Positions 48,372 through 59,600 of a stretch of 64,000 bases of DNA are shown here, piece after piece. The position numbers and the translations under genes were made by a program. The notes beneath the pieces were generated by a model. It searched no databases, was not told the origin of the DNA, and saw only the letters and a list, made by a program, of their open reading frames with translations. Origin of the DNA: an uncultured virus (IMG/VR IMGVR_UViG_3300017991_000098) (taxonomy: Duplodnaviria; Heunggongvirae; Uroviricota; Caudoviricetes); IMG/VR virus record IMGVR_UViG_3300017991_000098. The stretch is one strand, 5' to 3'. Each line of letters begins with the position of its first letter. The stretch's first letter is position 1.

Positions 48372-48379
48372 GTCTTACC

Positions 48380-49015
48380 TCAGTCTACTATGACGTCGCT
48401 TTCGTACAAGACGTCTACCTTTTCAATAACGACTGTGAAAGTATCCCCTTCCTCCAAAACAGCATCACCTAACAATTCGATGCAGGTGGGGCATCCAGAG
48501 TTAAAATCAGTCAGTCGTGGATCTTGTAGCTTACCATTTTTGTATACAAACGGCCTATTATCATTCTCTGCAGCAACTGCTTGTACAGAGGCCGGCATGT
48601 TGATTACACTAGAATCTGACCTGGCTTCACCGCTGAACACGGCCCTACGGGTTATGCTGTCAACTTTGGAAGTAACAGCTTGAGCCCAGTCATGAAGATT
48701 GCCAAGACTATCCTCATCCGTAACATCATCCGGGACCAAGATACCTTTGGAAATATGCTCAAAGTTAGATCCATCAAAGTACTTGTAGGCCATTTGGGCA
48801 AGGCTGAACCACGGCGTGCCTGTGCGGTAGTTTGTCGGTTGGTCTTCAGATGCCTGACAAGACAACAAACCGATCAAGTAAAGGCGCATCCAATCATATC
48901 TGGCCTGAGTATCTGGGGACGGATAATCATCATGATCCTGGCCGGTTGTGCCAACATCATTGTTGAAGTCAACCTTTGTAGATGGAAATAATATCCTATA
49001 ATCTGGAGCTGACAT
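48380..49015 (-). CDS. Putative virion protein
   Basis: 211 aa in a structural operon. Confidence 0.55.
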   Translation of the reverse strand: MSAPDYRILFPSTKVDFNNDVGTTGQDHDDYPSPDTQARYDWMRLYLIGLLSCQASEDQPTNYRTGTPWFSLAQMAYKYFDGSNFEHISKGILVPDDVTDEDSLGNLHDWAQAVTSKVDSITRRAVFSGEARSDSSVINMPASVQAVAAENDNRPFVYKNGKLQDPRLTDFNSGCPTCIELLGDAVLEEGDTFTVVIEKVDVLYESDVIVD

Positions 49016-49640
49016 CGTCTTCCTTTAGGACCGAATCTAATTTCTTGTTGAATGCACTCTCTGATAAGCGCTTATATGATATATTTTTCTTAGATCCTCC
49101 AACCCCGCCGAAGGATTTCGTCTTGCTAAACGAACTTGGAAACCCAGACTGGTCCCTTATCATCTTACGGTTTGGACTTTTATATTGGTCTTCTGAGGCA
49201 ATAACCAATGGCTTGACAGATTTAAGGGTCTTAACCATGGTGTCTATGTGACCCCTAACCGATTCTGGAATCTTGTCCTTGATTCGTTCCCAGAACCCAA
49301 TATCACCTTCACCAAGTTCACCCTGTTCAGCCTTGAGCTGTTGGGCGGCGTAAACCTGCCTGATGGCCTTCTCGTCTTCCTGACCAAGCTTATCCTTTGC
49401 TAGCAACCGACCCAGGATCTTACTGTACTCTCTGGGGTCATCAAGAAGGGCTTGACCAACCCATTTGCGATTGGCCTTTTGCAGATTCTTATCAATGAGT
49501 TCAAGTTTTCTACGAAGGGCCATATTTTCTGGGCTTGATTTGATCTTGGCAAGAGTGCTGCGCTTTGCATCGATTAGACCAGATATCTCCGATCTAATCT
49601 CTGCTAGATCCTCAAATAACGTATTCCAGAATTGACTCAT
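48996..49640 (-). CDS. Hypothetical protein
   Basis: Starts MSQFWNTLFE. Confidence 0.6.
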   Translation of the reverse strand: MSQFWNTLFEDLAEIRSEISGLIDAKRSTLAKIKSSPENMALRRKLELIDKNLQKANRKWVGQALLDDPREYSKILGRLLAKDKLGQEDEKAIRQVYAAQQLKAEQGELGEGDIGFWERIKDKIPESVRGHIDTMVKTLKSVKPLVIASEDQYKSPNRKMIRDQSGFPSSFSKTKSFGGVGGSKKNISYKRLSESAFNKKLDSVLKEDDVSSRL

Positions 49641-49918
49641 TTCTTGAACTCCACTCTCAGCTCTTCCACAAGCTCATCAATGAGCCGTTCCTTATCTTCA
49701 GGAATACCGATATTGGTCTGGAAAAAATCCACTAGTTCCTCGGCGTCATTAGACTGCATTCTGTCGTCGTCTATACTTAGAATAACAGAATCATCTGAAG
49801 ATTCAAAAGCACAGGACCGATCCTGATACTGAAACTCCAGACGACCGTCTTCAAGAGTGTCTGGATCTTGTTCAATATCAAGCCTCGATAATAATATATC
49901 AATCAGTTCTAATGACAT
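49637..49918 (-). CDS. Hypothetical protein
   Basis: 93 aa, acidic. Confidence 0.6.
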   Translation of the reverse strand: MSLELIDILLSRLDIEQDPDTLEDGRLEFQYQDRSCAFESSDDSVILSIDDDRMQSNDAEELVDFFQTNIGIPEDKERLIDELVEELRVEFKK

Positions 49919-49956
49919 TCCAAGCCTCGTTTAGATATATTTGCGAGCTAGGAACA

Positions 49957-50340
49957 TCACTCGATGATAAGCCAATCAAGTGCGAGCAATGTAACTGGTT
50001 TCACCTTGATGTGTCCAAATTCAGATAATGATATTGTATCCACTTTGACTTCTACCTCAATTTCGAGAAGTTCCAAAAGGTCTTTTTGAAAACCTGCCGG
50101 GTCCAATAATGTCACCGAATCTGGATTGTCCGTTGACTTAACAAATCCGCCATCCTCATCTTTCTGTGCATATTTGTCTATCAATTTTTTGCGTGATTCT
50201 TCAATGCTGATAATTATTGGGTCAATCTCTTTGGTTATCCTTGACAATTTAAATGATATTGCAATGGGTAAATCGATATTGATTAGATCCTGTAACGCCG
50301 CTGCACTGTCATATATCTGCCTATTTTTAATAATCATCAA
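49957..50340 (-). CDS. Conserved phage protein (DUF1617-like)
   Basis: LPIAISFKLSR...RKKLIDKYAQKDEDG...ELLEIEVEV. Confidence 0.65.
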   Translation of the reverse strand: MMIIKNRQIYDSAAALQDLINIDLPIAISFKLSRITKEIDPIIISIEESRKKLIDKYAQKDEDGGFVKSTDNPDSVTLLDPAGFQKDLLELLEIEVEVKVDTISLSEFGHIKVKPVTLLALDWLIIE

Positions 50341-50374
50341 AAATCTCCATCAATATAATGTGAGTATAAAATAC

Positions 50375-50872
50375 TCAATCACCAACATACCAGGATAGAG
50401 CATTTTCTTTTCTGGACAAATTTAGCCATTCAAAATGCACAGCGTCATAATCCATCACTTTGTTATCTATTATCATAGTTATAACGGCGTGGCCATTTCC
50501 GTCTTTATCCTGGTGATAAAACCTAACAAACACAGCTACGCCATCAGGTTCTATTGTGTCTGGGCATTCCTGGGCAAACATCTCTCTGATATATGAACTC
50601 ATGTGTCTAGCACGATTATCACAATCCCACCTTTTACTCCACTTAAACACAAATGATAGCGCATATTTTCTACAATATGACTTTATGCAACCGTCTACCC
50701 ATTCTTTTGATGGCATGACATAAGCTTTGTCGGCCAAACACACAAAGCTGTGTGGGTATTTGTTTTCAACTTGTCTTCTAGTGATTGTTTTACCAAATGC
50801 ATTAATCTGAATATTGGCGCATCCAGCTATTAAAATAGCACACGCACTAAGATATATCATCTGGCGTTTCAT
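50375..50872 (-). CDS. Lipoprotein with possible Cys-His-Asp (transglutaminase-like) motif
   Basis: Lipobox LIAGC; WDCDNRA...GHAV...YD; start uncertain. Confidence 0.55.
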   Translation of the reverse strand: MKRQMIYLSACAILIAGCANIQINAFGKTITRRQVENKYPHSFVCLADKAYVMPSKEWVDGCIKSYCRKYALSFVFKWSKRWDCDNRARHMSSYIREMFAQECPDTIEPDGVAVFVRFYHQDKDGNGHAVITMIIDNKVMDYDAVHFEWLNLSRKENALSWYVGD

Positions 50873-51234
50873 TCTGGTTGTTCGGGCCAATCAAAATTGT
50901 TGGGATCAAATGGTGGATTAGGTAAATCGCGCAATGCCTGCCAATATTCCAACCAGTCCTGCCAATTTTCAGAATCGTCAATGCCAAGTTCCTGCCAGTC
51001 GGCATGGCGTTCTCTGGCCCAGGCCGTTTCTCTAAACATAGCTGCTCTAGCACAGTCAAAATCCCATTTAATGAAATGTAGGCTTGATGAACTACTAGAA
51101 TGACTACTCGAACTCGAACTCGAACTTGAACTCATACTCGAACTTGAACTTCGCGAACTGCTAGACGAACTCAAGCTGCTAGACGAACTCAAGCTGCTGG
51201 AAGAATTACTGGAATTAGAAGAACTGGATGCCAT
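50869..51234 (-). CDS. Tail fibre assembly chaperone-like protein with poly-Ser N-terminus
   Basis: DW...WLEYWQALRDLP...FDWPEQP; AAGGAG RBS. Confidence 0.65.
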   Translation of the reverse strand: MASSSSNSSNSSSSLSSSSSLSSSSSSRSSSSSMSSSSSSSSSSHSSSSSSLHFIKWDFDCARAAMFRETAWARERHADWQELGIDDSENWQDWLEYWQALRDLPNPPFDPNNFDWPEQPE

Positions 51235-51243
51235 GCAAACTCC

Positions 51244-54200
51244 TTATGCATATTCTGTGATCTGGTATTGGTATTTATTGGTTCTAGTACCCGTTGCGCG
51301 GTGCGTAATCTGCATGTTCGTGGAACTGGTCATCACAGCAAATGCTGTTGTGGCGTCACCATTCTGACCACCATCACTCAAAATATTGATATCACATTTG
51401 CATTTGGTGTAATCAGATACAGAACTTACCGTGACATTGGTCGTACTCTCAGACGTAGTGACGCTTAAAGTTCCAGTACCTTCTTGGTAACTCTTCACGC
51501 CACCAGCATTGCCAGCAGCTTCGTACTCCGTGACCTCCCAGTGGATGTCACCAGTGTAGCTACCAGGTGCCTGATGCCACAAACGTAGATTTGTGGTAGA
51601 AGTCAGTTCGCCATAAGCAAATGTCTGACCTGTGCTGCTGTTCATAGGTGGATAGACCTTCACCGAACAGTTGGCAACATCATCAACTTGCGTGATGGTG
51701 ACATCTGTGAAGGACTTAGTTGTCGTAACACTAACGCCAGTCTGAGTACCTGTCTGCACACTCTTCACACCGGCAGTTAGGAGCTTGGGATCACCGTATT
51801 CAACTACTTGCCACGAGAACTCCTGTGCATGTGTGCTGTTTGCGTAGTAGTAGATTCTGAGTGTGGTACTGTCAATCAGTTTAGCATAAACAGGGGGTAC
51901 ACTTGAAGTCGTAGTGAACTTGCCAGCAACATCTACATAACACTTGGCTGGATTTACTGCACTGATTGTCACGTCTGTTGTTTGGCTACCCGAACCACCT
52001 GCTGCAACAGTTTCCACATCAGCCTGCACACTCTTCACGTTGGCACCAAGCACATGTGCATCATCGTACTCAACGATCTCCCATGGAATGTTGATCTCAT
52101 AAGCAGTTCCGAGAGTATTGCGCACACGGAACTGTACAGTTGTGCCGTTAATAATCTCACCCGAGATATCGTAGTTCTGCGTCACATTCAGGTTTGTGCC
52201 ACCACTATGATATCCGTCCTTGATGAGCAAGAAGGACTTACTTGGGTCAACAGCAGAAGATAAAGTTTCGTTGTATGTGGCATAGGATGTCGCACTTGGT
52301 GTAATCGTCTTTACATCACGGATGACCTGCTTCACATTGGCACCAAGCACAGCAGGGTCAGCATACTCGACTACTTGCCAACCAATGTTCAAATCATATG
52401 AGTTAGTAGATGTTTCCCTTGTTGTAACGCGAAGTGTGGTCGCATTAATCAACTCAGAGGTCATGCCAACATAATTGTTGTATCTTGAGTTAGTATCCAC
52501 CTGCTTGTCAAGTATGACCTCACACTTGCCCACATCAACAGGAGAAATGGTAATATCCCAATTCTGTGTAGCACCACCTGTAAGTGATACTTCCTCAACA
52601 CCACGCTGCACCAGCTTCACATTGGCACCAATTACTTGTGGGTCACTATATTCAATGACCTGCCAGACAAATGACATGTCTCTGGAGCTACCGTCTGGAT
52701 TCTGATAATAGAGCCGGAGTGTGGTGTCATCTACAAGCTCTGGTGTGACCTTTGGCACCAAAGTCAGAGAGGTACCGGAATCGTACTTCGCCTTTGCCAG
52801 CACAAAGGTCTTATTTGTATTGACCGAAGAGATGCTAACATCCACAGAAGAGCGAGAGTAACCAGCCACACCAGTAACAGCTTCTACGCCACGCTGCACT
52901 TGCTTCACATTCGTGCCAAGCACAGCAGGATCAGCATACTCAACAACCTGCCAATGCACGTCGATGTCATACGCAGAACTCATGGTATTATTGACATGTA
53001 TCCGCAAGGTTGTGGCGTTGATGAACTCACCAGAAACACCGGGGTTTCTGTTGATTGAAGAACCTTGGAATATTGCATCTACAAGAATAGCTGATTTGCC
53101 AGTATCTACGGCTGGGATAGTAACGTCTGCATATGTATTAGCGCCTGCTGTCACAGATGAGAACTCTTCTACACCACTCTGAACCTGCTTCACGTTGGCA
53201 CCAATAAGCTGAGCATCTGCATATTCAACCACCTGCCAATACAGTTCCATATTGGCATTACTATTGGACGCATTGAAGTAGTGGATACGCAAAGTTGTAT
53301 TATTAATCAGTTCACCAGTGGCAGATGAACTAGCTGATTCAGCAGATCCATTACTGTATAGCGCATCTACCTTGACCATTGACTTAACAGTACTTACAGT
53401 TGGTATCGTCACGTCTACATATGCCTGTGTTCCGGATGTAGCATTAGTCACAGACTCAACACCACGCAGTACCTGCTTCACAGAACCATCGACCACAGCA
53501 GTCTCATCGTACTCGACTACCTGCCAACCGACGTATCCTGCATTTGTCTGTCCACTGTTATTTGAGGTAGACACAGTAAGTCTAAGAGTCTCTGAGTCCA
53601 CAAAACTAGCTGTAGCACCCCATTGATCAACAATCACATTGTTATCGTATGGTCTACGATCGAGAACAATCTGACACTTATCAGTATTCACTGAGTCAAT
53701 AGTAATATCAAACGTATTGGGGTTGCTGGCTTGTGCTGGAATATCAATAACTTCTACACCACGCTGCACCTTTTTGACGTTCGTGCCGAGTACAGCAGGG
53801 TTGTCGTACTCAATGACCTGCCACTGTAGCTCCTGCTGGTATGTAACATGACGACGGTAATTCAAACGCAAAGTGGTACTGTCTACCAACTCAAACGTAC
53901 AGGGAGCAAGTCCACCAAACGACTTGTACTTACCATTGAGCAACACTGCACACTTCGTGACATCCACAGCATTGATGGTAACATCCACAGACAGGTCAGT
54001 CGCACTGCCACTGGCTACAGTCTCAATGTCGCTTTGAATACTCTTAACCGAAGTCCCAAGCACAGCACCAGCTTCATACTCAATGACGTAGTAACGAATC
54101 TTCCAGTTCGTTCGTGTACTAGGCGCTCGATGAGTAAGTCGAAGATTCGTCGGGGTAGTAAGGTGACCTACAACACCTGCTGTAAGATTAGCACCATCAC

Positions 54201-54369
54201 CAATATCTTCAATATACACAATCGACTTTTGTGGATCAGCAGTTTCAATGGTAATATCTGTAGTTGCCTCAGTGGTGTTGATCGTAGGAATCGTATATTC
54301 TTCCGTTTGAACCTTCTTAATGCCAACACCAGCACCAGCTGTACCAAAGAGTGTTTGTAGTGAACTCAT
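51244..54369 (-). CDS. Tail-associated repeat protein, 11 x ~95-aa domains
   Basis: Repeated VKxVQxG...DVTIxxV...ELxxxTTLR...WQV(V/I)EY units. Confidence 0.75.
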   Translation of the reverse strand: MSSLQTLFGTAGAGVGIKKVQTEEYTIPTINTTEATTDITIETADPQKSIVYIEDIGDGANLTAGVVGHLTTPTNLRLTHRAPSTRTNWKIRYYVIEYEAGAVLGTSVKSIQSDIETVASGSATDLSVDVTINAVDVTKCAVLLNGKYKSFGGLAPCTFELVDSTTLRLNYRRHVTYQQELQWQVIEYDNPAVLGTNVKKVQRGVEVIDIPAQASNPNTFDITIDSVNTDKCQIVLDRRPYDNNVIVDQWGATASFVDSETLRLTVSTSNNSGQTNAGYVGWQVVEYDETAVVDGSVKQVLRGVESVTNATSGTQAYVDVTIPTVSTVKSMVKVDALYSNGSAESASSSATGELINNTTLRIHYFNASNSNANMELYWQVVEYADAQLIGANVKQVQSGVEEFSSVTAGANTYADVTIPAVDTGKSAILVDAIFQGSSINRNPGVSGEFINATTLRIHVNNTMSSAYDIDVHWQVVEYADPAVLGTNVKQVQRGVEAVTGVAGYSRSSVDVSISSVNTNKTFVLAKAKYDSGTSLTLVPKVTPELVDDTTLRLYYQNPDGSSRDMSFVWQVIEYSDPQVIGANVKLVQRGVEEVSLTGGATQNWDITISPVDVGKCEVILDKQVDTNSRYNNYVGMTSELINATTLRVTTRETSTNSYDLNIGWQVVEYADPAVLGANVKQVIRDVKTITPSATSYATYNETLSSAVDPSKSFLLIKDGYHSGGTNLNVTQNYDISGEIINGTTVQFRVRNTLGTAYEINIPWEIVEYDDAHVLGANVKSVQADVETVAAGGSGSQTTDVTISAVNPAKCYVDVAGKFTTTSSVPPVYAKLIDSTTLRIYYYANSTHAQEFSWQVVEYGDPKLLTAGVKSVQTGTQTGVSVTTTKSFTDVTITQVDDVANCSVKVYPPMNSSTGQTFAYGELTSTTNLRLWHQAPGSYTGDIHWEVTEYEAAGNAGGVKSYQEGTGTLSVTTSESTTNVTVSSVSDYTKCKCDINILSDGGQNGDATTAFAVMTSSTNMQITHRATGTRTNKYQYQITEYA

Positions 54370-56555
54370 TATCGAACTCCCCATTGATCAGTCGTGCTGT
54401 CAAACACGAATATTGCCGATCCGTAGTTTACGTCTACATCAAAATTATCACTGCTGCCAACGATGTCCTTGCCGTTACCATCAACATCGACAACGTAAGT
54501 CTCAACCATACCACCAACGTCCATCACCAACACTTCATCCCCATCAGACGGGCTGGAAGGTAAGGTGATAGTGAATGCAGTTCCACCACTTGAATCAACT
54601 CGAATACCATCTCCAGCTGACGCTGTGTAATTCGCTGTCTTGTGTGTGTAGCTAAAGCCACCACTCCCACCACCACCTGGAATCGTGATCGTCGCAACAC
54701 CACTTCCACCGTCAGTGGCTGTCACACCTGCACCCACGAAGTTGAGGGTAGAGGCTGTGAGAACTGCTGAGCCTTCATCCTGTACGGGAATGCTTGAACC
54801 ACCACCAGCAAGAAGGTCAGTCTCGTTACCGCTGTCGTCCATGAAGTAGAGCTTACTGTCAGACGATTTGACGTACAGCTTACCCCAGCCAGATGTTTGG
54901 CTGGGAGCTGTTGTCTCTTGGAGCGCAGTTACACCTTCAACTGACAACATACCGGCAGCTGTTGTACCGGCACCAATCACAACACCGCCACCAGAAACCA
55001 GTGTTAAGCGCATCCCATTATTTGTGCCAAACCGGGCATGAGTAGACTCGTAATTGTATAGGTAGACAGTACCGTCCGTAGCGTTGCCGAACACGAAGCC
55101 ATCACCACTTGTGCTTCCTGTCGTTGCATTGGTGAAATGCATGTAGTTATTGGCAGCGTTCGGCTCATGAAGCTGTACTCGGTAGGTGCTTGGCAAATTG
55201 ATGCCAAAGCCGACCTTTCCGTTAAAGAAGTTGCTCGTATCAGAAGTTGGACCAGCCTGGAAGATACCCCAATGATTCGTAACCGTCCCACCACTAACAG
55301 ACGGAGCTGTGAGATACAGATCCACCATGCTCGTAATCGTACCAGAATTACATGTTGGTGAAATCTGGACACCACGGGCGTTTGAGGTTACTGGCGATGA
55401 CCCGTCTTCACTCAAATGACCATATTGGAACAAACCACAATACATCTGGGTAAGGGAACCGGCATCCCCGGTAATACCCCAGTTACGGAAGTTGTTCACA
55501 TAGAGAGCAGCCCGATGACCGCTATCCGTGATTCCAGTATCAATTTTACTCCGCATATTGATCTGAGCAGCGTTGTTGTAGACAGTTCCAGTGCTCGTAG
55601 CATAATGTCTATGTTCAAGAATAAATCCATACTGAGCAGTGTTGTATGCTTCCTTATAGACATTCAGCTGAGCACCCGTGGAGGTGGTCGTACCAATCAG
55701 AAGATTGCCGTCCTGTGTAATGCGCATGCGTTCTTCAACACCCGTACTTCCGCCTTCATCCAGTGTCAAAAACACCAAACCAGCATCCGCATATGTATGG
55801 CTTGTACCAGTGCGTGTATGTACTGCACGGATTGAAGCATTTGGACCGGGTGTATATGGATGTGCCGTACTTTGAGTATGGAAATCCAATGTGCTGTAAA
55901 CGTCATTGTAGTCCCACGTGCTCGAAGTATCATTGTTGTTCAGCAACAATGTTGGATTTGCAGTTCTGATAATATTGACATCACCACCACCATCGATTCG
56001 GATTCTGCCGAGTCCATTTGTGCCCAAATACAATGGCGTGTTTTCATAGGAATACAGATAGGCGTTTGAAGAATCGATTCCGACAATAATGCCATCACTT
56101 GAAGTGGTACCAGTCGTTGTGTTTGTGAATCTGGCAAAACTTCCTGCTGTTGTATTTCTGTGTACATGCAGTTGGTTTGCGGGAGTGTTGATGCCCATGC
56201 CAACTTCGCCACCGCTCGTAATGCGCACCTTCTCGGCACCATTGGTTCCAAACCTCAAAAAGTTACTGCCATGATTATATTGAATGAAACCTGCGTATAA
56301 AGTATCTCCTGATGTCCCATCAGCGAAATAGATATTACCATTGTTGGCGGCATTTGAATAAATAGTTGCGCCAAAATCACCACTGCCATCACCAATAACT
56401 AGGTCGTTTGCATCAGAAGCCAGGTCGCCTGGGTTAGACGTAGCAACCCCAATGGATGTGACGCCATTGATGGTTCCACCAGTTATTGCCGCACTAGCAT
56501 TTCTGGTAATGCCAGATGGAAATTGATTTAGAGGGACATCTATAAGTTCTACCAT
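54369..56555 (-). CDS. Tail fibre protein
   Basis: EKVRITSGGEVGMG / ERMRITQDGNLLIGTT repeats; C-terminal NYTASAGD...VDSSGG..TITLPSSPSDGD. Confidence 0.8.
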   Translation of the reverse strand: MVELIDVPLNQFPSGITRNASAAITGGTINGVTSIGVATSNPGDLASDANDLVIGDGSGDFGATIYSNAANNGNIYFADGTSGDTLYAGFIQYNHGSNFLRFGTNGAEKVRITSGGEVGMGINTPANQLHVHRNTTAGSFARFTNTTTGTTSSDGIIVGIDSSNAYLYSYENTPLYLGTNGLGRIRIDGGGDVNIIRTANPTLLLNNNDTSSTWDYNDVYSTLDFHTQSTAHPYTPGPNASIRAVHTRTGTSHTYADAGLVFLTLDEGGSTGVEERMRITQDGNLLIGTTTSTGAQLNVYKEAYNTAQYGFILEHRHYATSTGTVYNNAAQINMRSKIDTGITDSGHRAALYVNNFRNWGITGDAGSLTQMYCGLFQYGHLSEDGSSPVTSNARGVQISPTCNSGTITSMVDLYLTAPSVSGGTVTNHWGIFQAGPTSDTSNFFNGKVGFGINLPSTYRVQLHEPNAANNYMHFTNATTGSTSGDGFVFGNATDGTVYLYNYESTHARFGTNNGMRLTLVSGGGVVIGAGTTAAGMLSVEGVTALQETTAPSQTSGWGKLYVKSSDSKLYFMDDSGNETDLLAGGGSSIPVQDEGSAVLTASTLNFVGAGVTATDGGSGVATITIPGGGGSGGFSYTHKTANYTASAGDGIRVDSSGGTAFTITLPSSPSDGDEVLVMDVGGMVETYVVDVDGNGKDIVGSSDNFDVDVNYGSAIFVFDSTTDQWGVR

Positions 56556-56601
56556 TTTGTTTTCCCACCTATATATTTGCACCATACAAACTGGTGCTTA
56601 A

Positions 56602-59600
56602 TCAACTTAAACTTGAGCTCGATGAACCAGATGAACTGCTAGAAGGACAATCACATATTTTGAGTGGGTCACCTTCTACTGTAACCTGCTCACTTTCAAC
56701 AGTAATTTGATCACAACATGTTGATGAGCTAGAACTCAAACTGTTCGAACTTGATGACAAGCTGCTACAAGATGAACTGGATGAACTACTCCTACTAGAC
56801 GAGGAGCTGCTATTAGAACTACTGGAACTCTCAGAACAACTGCTGGAACTATTGGAACAGCTAGAACTACTTAGGCTACTGCAAGAAGAACTTGAGGAAC
56901 TTGATCTACTCGAAGAACTAGAAGATCTACTACAACTAGAAGAGCTGCTTGATCTAGAACAGCTACTTGACGATAAGCTTGAGCAAGACGAACTTGATGA
57001 ACTGGATTGGCTAGAACTGCTAGAACTTTGTGAACAGCTTGAAGAGCTAGAACTGCTGGAACTAGATCTTGAACAAGAAGAACTGCTCAGGCTACTACAG
57101 GATGAACTTGATGAACTGGATTGGCTAGAACTAGACGAACTCCTGGAACAACTAGATGAACTTATCGAACAAGAAGAACTACTCAGGCTACTACAGGATG
57201 AACTTGAAGAAGAACTGCGCGAAGAACTACTCAAACTGTTTGACGAAGAACTAGATGACGAACTCCTCGAACAGCTACTTGAAGACAAGCTTGAACAAGA
57301 TGAACTACTGGAACTTGATTGGCTGCAAGATGAACTGCTCTGCGAGCAGCTGGATGAGCTATGGCTGCTGCTAGAAGACGAATGACTAGAGCTGCTTGAA
57401 GAACTTGATTGGCTTGATGAAGACGAGCTCTGAGAACAACTGCTTGAACTTGAACTACTAGAGCTTGATTGGCTACAACTGCTGGATGACAGGCTTGAGC
57501 AGGAAGAACTAGAAGAACTAGATTGACTAGATGAGGAACTGCTTTGGCTGCAACTTGATGAACTGCTTGAACTACTAGAACTCCGAGAGCTACTTGAGGA
57601 ACTCAAGCTACTGCATGATGAACTTGAAGAGCTACTCTGACTCGAGGATGATGAACTTTGGGAACAGCTGCTTGAACTTGAACTACTGGATGAACTATGC
57701 GAGCAAGAAGAGCTGCTGAGTGAACTGCAAGATGAACTCGAAGACGAAGATCTACTTGAACTACTAGAACTCTGAGAGCTACTTGAACTACTAGAACTCT
57801 GAGAACAACTAGAAGAGCTGAGTGAGCTACAGGACGAACTAGAACTACTTGACCCACTTGATGATGATGAGCTTTGGCTGCAGGATGAAGAGCTAGAACT
57901 GCTGGAACTTGACCTGGAACAACTGCTTGAAGACAAGCTTGAGCAAGATGAACTTGATGAGCTAGATTGACTACTTGATGAAGAACTCTGCGAGCAACTC
58001 GAAGAACTTGATGATGAACTACTAGATCTTGAACAACTCGAGCTACTAAGTGAACTGCAGGATGAACTTGAGGATGAGGATTTACTTGAACTACTACTGC
58101 GACTACTAGAGCTCCTAGAGCTACTCGAAGAACTTAGTGAGCAACTGGAGCTACTAAGGCTACTACAAGACGAAGAACTACTCGAACTATTGCTCGAAGA
58201 TGAAGAACTTTGGGAGCAGCTTGAGGAGCTAGAGGAGCTTGATGAGCTTCTGGAACAACTTGAACTACTCAAACTACTACATGAGCTACTGGACGAACTT
58301 GATTGGCTCGAAGAAGACGAGCTCTTAGAACAGCTTGAAGAGCTGGAACTACTAGACCTTGAACAACTTGAACTACTCAAACTACTGCAGCTAGATGAGC
58401 TTGAACTGGACCGGCTTGATGATGAACTACTCTGACTGCAGCTAGACGAGCTTGAGCTACTTGAAGAACTTCTGGAGCAAGATGAACTACTAATCGAGCT
58501 ACAAGATGAGCTCGAAGAACTGCTCTGGCTCGAAGATGATGAACTATATGAACTACTTGAAGAGCTATGGCTGCAACTACTAGATGAAAGACTAGAGCAC
58601 GACGAGCTTGATGAACTCGAGCGACTACAAGATGAGCTGCTTTGACTACAGGACGACGAACTAGATGAAGAGCTACTAGACATCGAGCAACTGCTTGATG
58701 ACAAGCTTGAACAGGACGAGCTACTGGAACTTGATTGACTTGAAGAAGACGAACTCTTGCTGCAAGACGAAGAGCTTGAACTGCTTGACGAACTCCTGGA
58801 ACAACTGCTGGAACTCAAGCTGCTACAAGACGAGCTTGAAGAACTACTCTGACTGGATGAGGAACTACTTTTAGAACTTGATGAACTGCTTTGGCTCCCA
58901 CTGCTGGAAGATAGGCTTGAACAAGACGAACTGCTGGAGCTAGACCTAGAACAACTTGAAGAGCTTTGTGAACAGCTACTAGAGCTAGAACTGCTGGAAC
59001 TACTGCGACTGCAACTAGAGGAGCTAAGCGAACTACAAGATGAACTACTGGAACTTGATTGACTCGAGGAAGATGAGCTTTGGCTGCAGCTGGACGAACT
59101 GGACGAACTAGAACTACTGTGACTACAGCTACTTGAAGACAAGCTTGAGCAAGATGAACTGCTAGAACTTGACTGACTGCTCGATGAACTGCTCTTGCTG
59201 CAAGACGAAGAGCTACTAGAACTAGACCTCGAACAAGATGAGCTACTAATTGAACTGCAAGACGAGCTTGAGGAACTTGATTGACTTGAAGACGAGCTAC
59301 TCTTGGAACAACTTGATGAGCTAGAACTACTTGAGGAACTCTGGCTGCAACTGCTTGAAGACAAGCTTGAGCAAGATGAACTACTGGAACTTGACTGGCT
59401 ACTCGATGAACTGCTTTTAGAACTTGATGAACTACTTTGACTTCCACTGCTTGAAGACAAGCTTGAACAAGACGAACTCGAAGAGCTTGATTGGCTACTC
59501 GATGAACTGCTCTGCGAGCAACTAGAAGAACTTGATGATGAACTACTAGATCTTGAACAACTTGAACTGCTCAGGCTACTGCAGGATGAACTTGAAGAAC

